From NCBI GenBank assembly GCA_031292385.1, contig JARLHE010000055.1:14477-78476 (forward strand): a stretch of DNA of 64,000 nt, written 5' to 3'. This document shows, in pieces, positions 1-8,247 of the stretch; within the stretch, counting starts at the first letter, position 1; each line of letters opens with the position of its first letter. The DNA comes from Oligoflexia bacterium. GTDB taxonomy: Bacteria; Bdellovibrionota; UBA1018. The notes below the pieces were generated by a model. The model searched no databases. It saw only the letters and a list, made by a program, of their open reading frames with translations, and was not told where the DNA came from. A program made the position numbers and the translations under genes.

Positions 1-1
1 T

Positions 2-667
2 CAGCTTTATGACGATACTCCTTCGGGCGCTTCGGGGTACTCGATGTGTTACGCTCCCTCGCCGTCAACGAATTCGACGCCCGGTATTTTTGAATTGAAT
101 TACGATCAAACAAATAATGTGGCTAAGCAAAATATTTTGGCCGCGACCTCGACCGGTCTTGTCGGCGTGGGCGGCCAGACCAATCCTATGCACGCGTTGG
201 ATGTGAAGGGCGACATCAATTTAACCGGCAATTTTCTCATCAATAATACGATAGTCTGCAGCGGGACAGCTTGTAACGCGCAGCCGGCGTCTTCGGACGC
301 GCGCCTCAAAAAGGAAGTCGCGCCGCTCGAGCACGCCCTGAAGAAAAGCCTTTTGCTTCGAGGCGTGAGCTATTTCTGGAAGGACGAGAAGAAATTTTCT
401 CCCGGCCGTCAGATCGGTTTGATCGCTCAGGAGGTCGAGAAGATCTTTTCCGAGGTGGTGCGCACGGATTCGAAGACCGGGATGAAATCGATTTTCTACG
501 ATCGTCTGATCGCGCCTCTGGTCGAGGCTCTGAAGGAGCTTAAAGCGCGAGTGGTGGCCGATGATGAGGCCAAACGCAAAAAAATGTCCGATCTGAAGGC
601 GGAAGACGCCGAGATCGAGGCGCGTTTGGGCCGGCTTGAACAGCGGGCGGGAAAGGCCGGTCAATAG
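2..667 (+). CDS. Fibre-protein paralog, C-terminal part (5' end lies outside the window), ending in a peptidase-S74 intramolecular chaperone domain
   Basis: The frame is open from nt 2 (QLYDDTPSGASGYS precedes the listed Met at 44). It aligns with the equivalent region of the two downstream paralogs (LQLYD, NF.LN(Y/W)D, LDV.GDIN.TG..LIN). The C-terminus has SSDARLKKEV..L.GVSYFWKD..GLIAQEVEKIFSEVV followed by a coiled-coil tail, the endosialidase/tail-fibre chaperone signature. Confidence 0.85.
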   Translation, partial: QLYDDTPSGASGYSMCYAPSPSTNSTPGIFELNYDQTNNVAKQNILAATSTGLVGVGGQTNPMHALDVKGDINLTGNFLINNTIVCSGTACNAQPASSDARLKKEVAPLEHALKKSLLLRGVSYFWKDEKKFSPGRQIGLIAQEVEKIFSEVVRTDSKTGMKSIFYDRLIAPLVEALKELKARVVADDEAKRKKMSDLKAEDAEIEARLGRLEQRAGKAGQ

Positions 668-674
668 GGGCTAG

Positions 675-2606
675 ATGAAGACGAGAAAACGAAAGGCCGG
701 CGAGGCCGCCTTCACTTTGCTGGAAGTCATGGTCTCGCTCGCTCTTGTGGGAGTCGTCGCCTTATTCGTTACGTCTGTCGCGAAGATGACCGCGAAAGTG
801 CAATCCCAGGCCACGTTGGCCGCGACGGCCACTCAGATCCGAAACAATCTCGTGAATCTGATCAACAATTCGAGCGCTTGGCACAACACGATCAACGATC
901 AGGGCGATAACCCTTCGCTTTATTGTTTATCCACGACGACCGCGCCACTGCCTTCTCCCTCTCCTTCGCCGACGCCTTGTGCGGTCGGCGGGGGATCGGT
1001 AGTTAGCCCTGCCTATCAGATTATGGCGGTCAAGGACTCCTCTAGCGGGGGAGCCAACTATTATACCTATAATGGCGCGACCAGCGGCTATACTCAGTCC
1101 GGTGTGCCATGTAATAGTTTTTCCTCCTCCGGCAATGACGCTTGTCCCTTGCAATTTACGGTGAAATGGCAGCCGGTTTGTTATTCGGGGAGCTCTTGCC
1201 TTTATCCTCAGATTTTCGTTCAAATCACCGCGGCGTACAGTCCCGTCCTGAAAAACCGGATTGCTTTCAATCCCGACAACTACAGCGCCAGTTTTTATCA
1301 GGGAATCACGAATGGAATCGGCTGTTGGATCTGGGATCAAACCAATCAAAATTTGATGTATGAAAATTGCGCCACCCAAGTCGGCATCGGTACTTCCACT
1401 CCGATTTACGGCTTGGATGTCCGCGGGGCAAGTAATTCGGACGCGGTGGTCTCCCTGACCAACGACGGCGGAGCGAACTCCAACGGAACCGCTTTGAATG
1501 CGATCGCCTATTCTGATAATGCGGGGGCGTCCGCGGCGTTGAACTTCATCAGTGCGGCGGGGACACGCACCGCTCCGCAGCCGTTCCCCTCGCCCCAGAT
1601 TAACGGTCAGTTCGGCGCCTTTGGGCATGATGGCAACGGATTTGGTATCGGTGATCCGGAAGGGTCGCTATCGTTTGCGAGCGAAAGCGGTTTTACTCCC
1701 GGAAGCGGTCCGACGTCCGTGGGTTTTTGGACGAAGCCGCTCAGCAAGCTTGCTCAGGAAGTTGTCCATATCGCCTCTAATGGCTGGATTGGGACCGGGA
1801 CTCTGACGCCGCTCAACACTTTTCATGTCGATACCCCTTATCCAAACCCTGTTCCAAGTGCTTCTCCAAATCCTGCTCCGACGAGCGTGACGGCGCGGAT
1901 TTCTGCTCCTGTGAGCAGTCCAAGTAATCCTGCGGGTGCGAACTCCACGCTTCAGCTTTATGATCGAGATAATAATAACGGATTTGCCTTGGTGTTGAAC
2001 GGGCTACCTTCTGCTATCCCCGCGGGAAATTTTTCGCTGAATTGGGATGACAAGCCAGATCATCCCAAGTTGACAGTGATCACGGGCACTCCGGCCGGAT
2101 TCGTGGGGATCATGAACAGCAATCCGCAACATTCGCTCGACGTGGTTGGCGACATCAATACGACCGGAAACCTTCTGATCAACGGCAGCGTGGTTTGTAG
2201 CAGTACGAATCAGTGCAATACGGGATCGTCATCGGACGCCCGGCTGAAGAAGGATGTTCAGCCGCTTCAGAGCGCCTTGGAGAAGATTTCGTCGCTTCAG
2301 GGCGTGAGCTATTTCTGGAAGGACGCGAAGAAATTCTCTCCAGGGCGCCAGATCGGCTTCATCGCCCAGGAGGTTGAGAAGATCTTTCCCGAGGTGGTTC
2401 GCACGGACGTCAAAACCGGGATGAAGGCGATCGTTTACGATCACTTGATGGCTCCTTTGGTTGAAGCGTTCAAGGAGCTGAAGGCAAGCCTGGACGCCGA
2501 TCAATCGGAGGAGGACAAAGAAATCGACGAATTGAAAGCCCGGAATGCCGCAATCGAAGCTCGGTTGAATCAGCTCGAAAAACGATCGGGAAAGGCGGCG
2601 CTTTAG
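675..2606 (+). CDS. Prepilin-type N-terminal methylation-motif protein with a fibre-like body and C-terminal peptidase-S74 chaperone domain (643 aa)
   Basis: The N-terminus MKTRKRKAGEAAFTLLEVMVSLALVGVVALF is a class-III signal (FTLLE with Glu at +5 and a hydrophobic helix). A Cys-containing head follows (PAYQIM, GNDACPLQFTVKWQPVC). The body has a PSPSPSPTP linker and repeated GIGT..P...LDV motifs. The C-terminus has SSDARLKKDV..LQGVSYFWKD..IGFIAQEVEKIFPEVV. An AGGGG Shine-Dalgarno-like run precedes the ATG. Confidence 0.85.
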   Translation: MKTRKRKAGEAAFTLLEVMVSLALVGVVALFVTSVAKMTAKVQSQATLAATATQIRNNLVNLINNSSAWHNTINDQGDNPSLYCLSTTTAPLPSPSPSPTPCAVGGGSVVSPAYQIMAVKDSSSGGANYYTYNGATSGYTQSGVPCNSFSSSGNDACPLQFTVKWQPVCYSGSSCLYPQIFVQITAAYSPVLKNRIAFNPDNYSASFYQGITNGIGCWIWDQTNQNLMYENCATQVGIGTSTPIYGLDVRGASNSDAVVSLTNDGGANSNGTALNAIAYSDNAGASAALNFISAAGTRTAPQPFPSPQINGQFGAFGHDGNGFGIGDPEGSLSFASESGFTPGSGPTSVGFWTKPLSKLAQEVVHIASNGWIGTGTLTPLNTFHVDTPYPNPVPSASPNPAPTSVTARISAPVSSPSNPAGANSTLQLYDRDNNNGFALVLNGLPSAIPAGNFSLNWDDKPDHPKLTVITGTPAGFVGIMNSNPQHSLDVVGDINTTGNLLINGSVVCSSTNQCNTGSSSDARLKKDVQPLQSALEKISSLQGVSYFWKDAKKFSPGRQIGFIAQEVEKIFPEVVRTDVKTGMKAIVYDHLMAPLVEAFKELKASLDADQSEEDKEIDELKARNAAIEARLNQLEKRSGKAAL

Positions 2607-2607
2607 A

Positions 2608-4524
2608 ATGACTTCGTTACGTTCGAAGCGGTATAGGGGCTCGGCCGGGCTTACGTTGATTGAGGTCATGGTTGCCGTTGGCTTCGTGGGACTCGTGTCG
2701 TTGCTGATCGCGAATTTGAGTCGGATGGGGATGAAGGCCCAGACCCAATCCACGCTGACTTTGACGGCCTCGCAGATCAAGAACAATCTGGTTACCTTGG
2801 TCAATAATTCGACCGCTTGGTACAACACAGTCAACGCTTCCGGCAATACTTCGCTGGCCTGCGTGGCATCGGTAACGCCCAATCCGTCGTCTACTTCGTC
2901 CATTTCACCGGCCAACCCTGTTTCGTGCGTGGTCGGAAGCGGGACCACGGCTAACCCGGCTTATCAGATCATGACCCTTCTGGATCCCGCGGGTAACGTG
3001 GCCTACCAGTATAATGCTTCGTTCGGCTATACGCAGGCGGGCGCGCCTTGTAAGGAGTATTCGCCCAGCGGCAATGACGGCTGTCCTTTGCAATTCATCG
3101 TTAAATGGCAGCCTTTCTGCGTTTCGGGAACATCGTGCGTCAACCCGCAGGTTTATATTCAAATTACGGCCAATTACAGCCCGGCCACTAAGAGCAACCT
3201 GGTGTTTAGCCCGCAAAACTATAGTACGAGCTTTTACCGCGGGGTGAGCAGCAGCGGCGGCGGCAGCCTGGGCTGCTGGAACTGGAATTCCAGCACCTCG
3301 CAAATTTATGAAACCTGCGCGAGCAACGTCGGCATCGGGACGACGAACCCGAGCGCCACTCTTGACGTACACGCAACGAATACCCCGTCAGCGGTTGTAT
3401 CCGTGACTCAAGATGAGGGGGCAGCCTGGTCATTGATCTATGCCATAGCTTATGGTGCGAACGGCGGGAATGCCTTGAATTTTTATCGGTCGCGCGGCAC
3501 GTCTGCCGCGCCGCTGCCCCTTCAACAGGGGGATAACATCGGTCAAATCAATATGGCGGTTTACGACGGATCGGCCTTTAATTCCGGGCCGGTTTTTTCG
3601 GTGTCCGCGGATGGCCCTTTTTCGCCCGGAAACGAACCCACGGCGATCGATTTTTACACCAAGCCCGCGACGCTGAACGCTAGTTCTGTATCCCGGCTTC
3701 ATATCGATTCCGCCGGCAACGTCGGGATCGGAACGATCAGTCCGCAGGCGCAGTTTCATGTGGACTCGACGAACACTCCGGCGAGCCCTACGGCGACGGC
3801 ACGGGTCTCGGCCCCTGTTCTAGGCTATAACCAGAATGCGGCATTGCAGCTTTATGATAATTACAACGGAAAAAATGCCGGTTTTACCTTCCTTGATTCG
3901 GGAATGGTGATCGCCCCCGACCTGCCAGGAAATTTTCAATTAAACTACGATTCATCGAATAATAAAGGGGTTATGGCGCTTCTTGTTGGCTCCCCGAACG
4001 GTTTTCTCGCCGTCACCCGATCGATTAATCCCCCTGGGACGATGCCGATGACCCCGGCGTATCCGCTCGATGTGAACGGCGATATCAATGCCACCGGAAG
4101 TTTATTGCTGAACGGGGTTGCGGTCTGCAATAGCACCGGTTGCCTGCCCGCCGCGACGTCCTCGGACGTACGCCTGAAAAAGGAGATCGAGACGCTGAAA
4201 GGTTCTTTCGAGAAAATCCTCTCTCTGCAAGGCGTGAGCTTTTTTTGGAAGGACCCCAAGAGTTACTCCCCGGACCGTCAAATCGGCTTCATCGCCCAAG
4301 AAGCCGAGAAGACTTTTCCGGAGGTAGTGGAGACGGACCCGCACACCGGCCTGAAGTCGATGCATTATGAGCGCCTCGTCGCGCCGTTTGCCGAAGCGCT
4401 CAAAACTTTGTACGCGCGGTTTGAAGCGGGGAGCGCCGCTCGGGATAAAGAGCTTGCCGAGCTGAAAGCCAAAAATGCCGCGCTGAAAGCGCGTCTGGAA
4501 AAGCTCGAAAATCAGGTGAACTAA
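2608..4524 (+). CDS. Prepilin-type N-terminal methylation-motif protein with a fibre-like body and C-terminal peptidase-S74 chaperone domain (638 aa)
   Basis: The start lies 1 nt after the upstream stop. It has a canonical prepilin motif, GSAG/LTLIEVMVAVGFVGLVSLL. The head is conserved with the previous ORF (PAYQIM, GNDGCPLQFIVKWQPFC). The middle is divergent and carries VGIGT..P...LDV / IGTISPQAQFHVD motifs. The C-terminus has SSDVRLKKEI..LQGVSFFWKD..IGFIAQEAEKTFPEVV. Confidence 0.85.
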   Translation: MTSLRSKRYRGSAGLTLIEVMVAVGFVGLVSLLIANLSRMGMKAQTQSTLTLTASQIKNNLVTLVNNSTAWYNTVNASGNTSLACVASVTPNPSSTSSISPANPVSCVVGSGTTANPAYQIMTLLDPAGNVAYQYNASFGYTQAGAPCKEYSPSGNDGCPLQFIVKWQPFCVSGTSCVNPQVYIQITANYSPATKSNLVFSPQNYSTSFYRGVSSSGGGSLGCWNWNSSTSQIYETCASNVGIGTTNPSATLDVHATNTPSAVVSVTQDEGAAWSLIYAIAYGANGGNALNFYRSRGTSAAPLPLQQGDNIGQINMAVYDGSAFNSGPVFSVSADGPFSPGNEPTAIDFYTKPATLNASSVSRLHIDSAGNVGIGTISPQAQFHVDSTNTPASPTATARVSAPVLGYNQNAALQLYDNYNGKNAGFTFLDSGMVIAPDLPGNFQLNYDSSNNKGVMALLVGSPNGFLAVTRSINPPGTMPMTPAYPLDVNGDINATGSLLLNGVAVCNSTGCLPAATSSDVRLKKEIETLKGSFEKILSLQGVSFFWKDPKSYSPDRQIGFIAQEAEKTFPEVVETDPHTGLKSMHYERLVAPFAEALKTLYARFEAGSAARDKELAELKAKNAALKARLEKLENQVN

Positions 4525-4526
4525 GT

Positions 4527-7208
4527 TTATTGCCGGTCTTCCGCGGCGGCGACGGAGCTTTTCCACGCCGCAAGCGCGTTCAGCGCTTCGAGCGGAGTCA
4601 TGCGGTTGGGATCGAGCTCGCGCACTTGCTTGACCAGCTCTTCGAGGCGCTTCAAGCGTTCGAGCTGGGCGGCCGAGGTCTTTGTCGCAGCGGGTTTGGC
4701 GGCTGCGGGCTTTTCCGCGAAAAGCGAAAGCTGGGCCCGGTCGGGCGCGGCTTCGCTTGCGGCGAGGGCTTTGCTTTCGAGGTCCTCCAGAACGGCGCAA
4801 GCGCGGTCGATGACTTCGCTGGGGATGCCCGCGATGCGCGCGACATGAATGCCGAAGCTGTCGCTGGTGGGGCCATCGGCGAGTTTGTAGAGGAAGCGAA
4901 TTTCCGATTGCTCGCTGCGGGCGACGGCCATATGGGCGTTCGCCAGAAGCGGCAGGGAGTCCGAGAGCCGGGTGAGCTCGTGGTAATGGGTCGCGAAAAG
5001 CGTGCGCGCGCGAATGCGATTGCAGATCCACTCGAGCGTCGCCCAGGCGATGCTCATGCCGTCATAGGTGCTGGTGCCGCGCCCGATTTCGTCGAGGATG
5101 ATGAACGAGCGCTCGTCGGCGAAATGCAGGATATGGGCAAGTTCGCTCATTTCGACCATGAACGTGCTTTGGCCTCGCGCGATCGCATCGTGCGCGCCGA
5201 TGCGGGTGTATAACGACGAAACCGCGCCCCATTGCGCGTGGGTGGCGGGAACGGGCGCGCCCATCTGGCCCAAAATGACGATCAGCGCGTTTTGCCGCAT
5301 GACGGTCGATTTACCGCCCATGTTGGGGCCGGTGATGAGCAGGGTGAGGCGCGTGGAATCGGATAGGAAAAGATCGTTCGGCACGAAGCCGCTTTGTCCG
5401 CCGGCCTGGCGTTGGTCCACAAGGGGGTGCCGGCCCGCGCTGATATCGAGCGTAAGCGAGTCATCGATGACGGGAAAGCACCAGCCCGGCTCATCGGCCA
5501 GGCGCGAAAGCGCCAAGAGCGCATCCAGTTCGGCGATGCGTGCCGCCGTATCCATGATGGCCGTCGTTTTGGCCTGGATTTGGGTCAAAAGCCCGGAGAA
5601 AAGCTCTTGCTCCAGCGATTTTTGACGGGAGTTCGAGGTGAGGATTTCTTCTTCGAAATTTTTCAGCTCTTCCGTGAAAAAACGCTCGGTCCCGACCGTG
5701 GTTTGCTTGCGTTGATAATGGGCCGGCACGCTCTTGGCGTGCGCTTGGGTCACTTCGATGTAGTAGCCGAAAACGCGGTTGTAGCGGACTTTGAGCGAGC
5801 CGATGCCGGTTTGCGCGCGCTCGCGCGCTTCGAGATCGACGAGCCAGCGCTGGCCGTTCTCGGTAAGGTCGATTAGTCGGTCGAGATCGGCGGAGGTGCC
5901 GCGGTTAAAGATTCCGCCATCGCGCGCGGTCATGGGCGCGTCTTCCCTTTGGGTGCGGCAAATCTGCTCGCCCAAAGGCCCAAGCTCGCCGGCGGCTTTT
6001 TGAAAATCCGCGCACAGGGCTTGGAGCGGTTTGGATTCGAAGCCTCCGAGCATCGAGGCGATGCCGGGCAAAGCGCTGAGCGAGCGCCCGAGCTGGAGGG
6101 TGTCGCGCGGATTCGCGAGCTGAGTGCTGACGCGTCCTAAGATCCGCTCGATATCGTAGACTTCGGCTAAAACGGTTCCGAGGCGCTCGCGGATGGGGCC
6201 GCCCTTTTCGTGGATTTCGCGAACCGCTTGCTGGCGTTCGGCGATCTCCGCCGGTTTCGAGAGCGGGGAGAGTAGCCAGCGCTTGAGCTGCCTCGCTCCC
6301 AGCGACGAGCGCGCGCGCTGAATGAGTTGATAAAGACTTGGGGTTCCATCCGCCGACGGCAGAAGGTCCAGATGCCGCGCGGTCGTGGGACTGACCTGCA
6401 GGCTTCGGGGCTGGGTCAGCGGCGAAGGCAAGCGCAGATGCGCGAGCTTTTCCATCTGCTGGGAGCGCGTAGCGTAGCGAACCAGAAGCCCGAGCGCGAG
6501 CAGGGCTGCTTCGGTCGGAATGAAAGCGGACAATTCGGCCAGGCCGTAGTGGCGTTTGAGGATCTCTTCCGCTTGGGGAAGCGAAATGAAATTAGCCGGC
6601 AATTTTTCGGTCAGGAGATCGGGCCCGGCGAGATTCAGCTCGGCCGGAAGCGCTTGGCTTTCCAAGGTGATGAGATGCCGGATCGGAAAACGCGCGGATT
6701 CTTGCGCAAGTATTGCGGCCGGGGTGGGTTCCGAAACCAAGGCTTCGCCGGTTGAAGCGTCCAGGCAGGCTAAAACCCAGCGGTCATCTCCCGTTTGGGC
6801 GCCGGCATGGGTGAGCGTGGCTAAAAAGTGAGCTTCCGAGCCCTCGGCGTCGAATTGCACACCCGGAGTGAAAATCCGGGTGAGGTCGCGCCGAACGATG
6901 GCTTTGCCGGAAACGGAGGCAGGGTCTTCCATCTGCTCGCCGATGGCGACTTTCTTGCCCGCCTTCAGAAGCCGCTGAATATAGCTCTGCACGCTGTGGT
7001 GGGGCACTCCCGCCATGGGCATGGGGTTCGGCTTGTTGCGGTCGCGCGAGGTGAGGGTGATTTCAAGAAGCTTCGCGGCTTCGACGGCGTCATCGCCGAA
7101 GAGCTCGTAGAAGTCGCCCATGCGGAATAAGAGGAGGGCATCTCCGGCCTTCGCCTTGATATCCCAGTATTGCTTCATGAGAGGAGTCTGCTCGGCCACT
7201 TGTGACAT
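4527..7208 (-). CDS. mutS: DNA mismatch repair protein MutS
   Basis: 893 aa. The N-terminus TPLMKQYWDIKAKAGDALLLFRMGDFYELFGDDA, the Walker A GPNMGGKST and the motif STFMVEMSE..DEIGRGTSTYDG are all classic MutS. Confidence 0.97.
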   Translation of the reverse strand: MSQVAEQTPLMKQYWDIKAKAGDALLLFRMGDFYELFGDDAVEAAKLLEITLTSRDRNKPNPMPMAGVPHHSVQSYIQRLLKAGKKVAIGEQMEDPASVSGKAIVRRDLTRIFTPGVQFDAEGSEAHFLATLTHAGAQTGDDRWVLACLDASTGEALVSEPTPAAILAQESARFPIRHLITLESQALPAELNLAGPDLLTEKLPANFISLPQAEEILKRHYGLAELSAFIPTEAALLALGLLVRYATRSQQMEKLAHLRLPSPLTQPRSLQVSPTTARHLDLLPSADGTPSLYQLIQRARSSLGARQLKRWLLSPLSKPAEIAERQQAVREIHEKGGPIRERLGTVLAEVYDIERILGRVSTQLANPRDTLQLGRSLSALPGIASMLGGFESKPLQALCADFQKAAGELGPLGEQICRTQREDAPMTARDGGIFNRGTSADLDRLIDLTENGQRWLVDLEARERAQTGIGSLKVRYNRVFGYYIEVTQAHAKSVPAHYQRKQTTVGTERFFTEELKNFEEEILTSNSRQKSLEQELFSGLLTQIQAKTTAIMDTAARIAELDALLALSRLADEPGWCFPVIDDSLTLDISAGRHPLVDQRQAGGQSGFVPNDLFLSDSTRLTLLITGPNMGGKSTVMRQNALIVILGQMGAPVPATHAQWGAVSSLYTRIGAHDAIARGQSTFMVEMSELAHILHFADERSFIILDEIGRGTSTYDGMSIAWATLEWICNRIRARTLFATHYHELTRLSDSLPLLANAHMAVARSEQSEIRFLYKLADGPTSDSFGIHVARIAGIPSEVIDRACAVLEDLESKALAASEAAPDRAQLSLFAEKPAAAKPAATKTSAAQLERLKRLEELVKQVRELDPNRMTPLEALNALAAWKSSVAAAEDRQ

Positions 7209-7279
7209 GAGCAGTCCGAATTAGCAGTCCGGCCACCGTCAGGCAACCCCTCCATCCGTTTCTTTGAGGATGCGCGGCG

Positions 7280-8176
7280 TTAAGCCGCTTCTTTTGTCTG
7301 TTCTGCCTGGTGATTGCCGTGGACTAGGGCGCTCATTCGTGACTGAACCTGCACATATTCGGGCAATAGGCCCTTGCCAGTGGTAAGCAGGCGGGTCGCC
7401 CATTTTTTGAAGTCTTCCCAATCCGACCCGGAGGGGTCGCGGCTTGGGCAGCCCGTGGCTCTGAGCTCGCGAATCAGTTCGACGAGCATCTGCCGGGTGG
7501 CCGAAGTCAGCTCGACAAATTGCAGGCCGTGTCCGTATCCCGTTTCGGATTGTCCTCGGTGAAAAACCACTTTGGCGCGAATTGAGAAAATATGCCGGCC
7601 GTTCGGGCTGAAGCGGAGCCGGATAATCCGATTGTCTTCGATCTTAACCGGAAGCAACGCGAAGACGCCGCCCACGCTGATATCGTGGATCTGGCAAACA
7701 TCGCTGGATTCATCCCGGCTTTCGCCGTCCGCGATCTCAAAGCGGGCTCCGAACTTCACGAGGTAGCGGGTCGCGGTCTCCCACCAGCGCACCCGTTTGT
7801 CGAAGAACGGCAGGCGTACGGAAGGCAGCAGAAAATACGTGATCAAGGCGATATGCGAGAGGTAGAGGCTCGCCGCGAAGGTGAGGCTGATGCGGCTGTC
7901 CCGGGCGGCCTGGAAATTCTGCGCCAGGATCAAACTCGCGCAAACGACGAAAACCGCGTAGCTCCATTTTTTCATGGCGTAAGCTGAAACGCCCATGACG
8001 ACCGGGAGACCCAACATGCAGATCGCGCCGATCCAGTGGCCGCCCGCGAAAAGCGCGTGAAGGTAAGCGGAAACCGTCAGGCTGCTGAGCTTCGCGCTCA
8101 GGACGATATTCAACAGTGGTTCAATAAAAACCTGAAAGACTGAGAAGATGAAGATCGGCCACGGTCTGCGGTACAT
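7280..8176 (-). CDS. Multi-pass membrane protein with C-terminal PilZ (c-di-GMP binding) domain
   Basis: About 5 hydrophobic helices lie in the first 130 aa. The C-terminal half has RVRWWETATRY ... CQIHDISVGGVFAL, which resembles the RxxxR / D.S.GG PilZ motifs. Confidence 0.7.
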   Translation of the reverse strand: MYRRPWPIFIFSVFQVFIEPLLNIVLSAKLSSLTVSAYLHALFAGGHWIGAICMLGLPVVMGVSAYAMKKWSYAVFVVCASLILAQNFQAARDSRISLTFAASLYLSHIALITYFLLPSVRLPFFDKRVRWWETATRYLVKFGARFEIADGESRDESSDVCQIHDISVGGVFALLPVKIEDNRIIRLRFSPNGRHIFSIRAKVVFHRGQSETGYGHGLQFVELTSATRQMLVELIRELRATGCPSRDPSGSDWEDFKKWATRLLTTGKGLLPEYVQVQSRMSALVHGNHQAEQTKEAA

Positions 8177-8247
8177 ACGGCTCCCTGTTGTTTCTCCATT
8201 ATGTATAAGTTCCGACGCCTTTGAAATTGTGTCACGAGCGACACGGC

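Noticed and set aside
4102-5031. 309-aa Arg/Pro-rich ORF on the minus strand, plus several 60-230 aa ORFs inside mutS
   Set aside because: These are out-of-frame or antisense overlaps of the fibre gene end and mutS, with low-complexity Arg/Pro/Ala composition.
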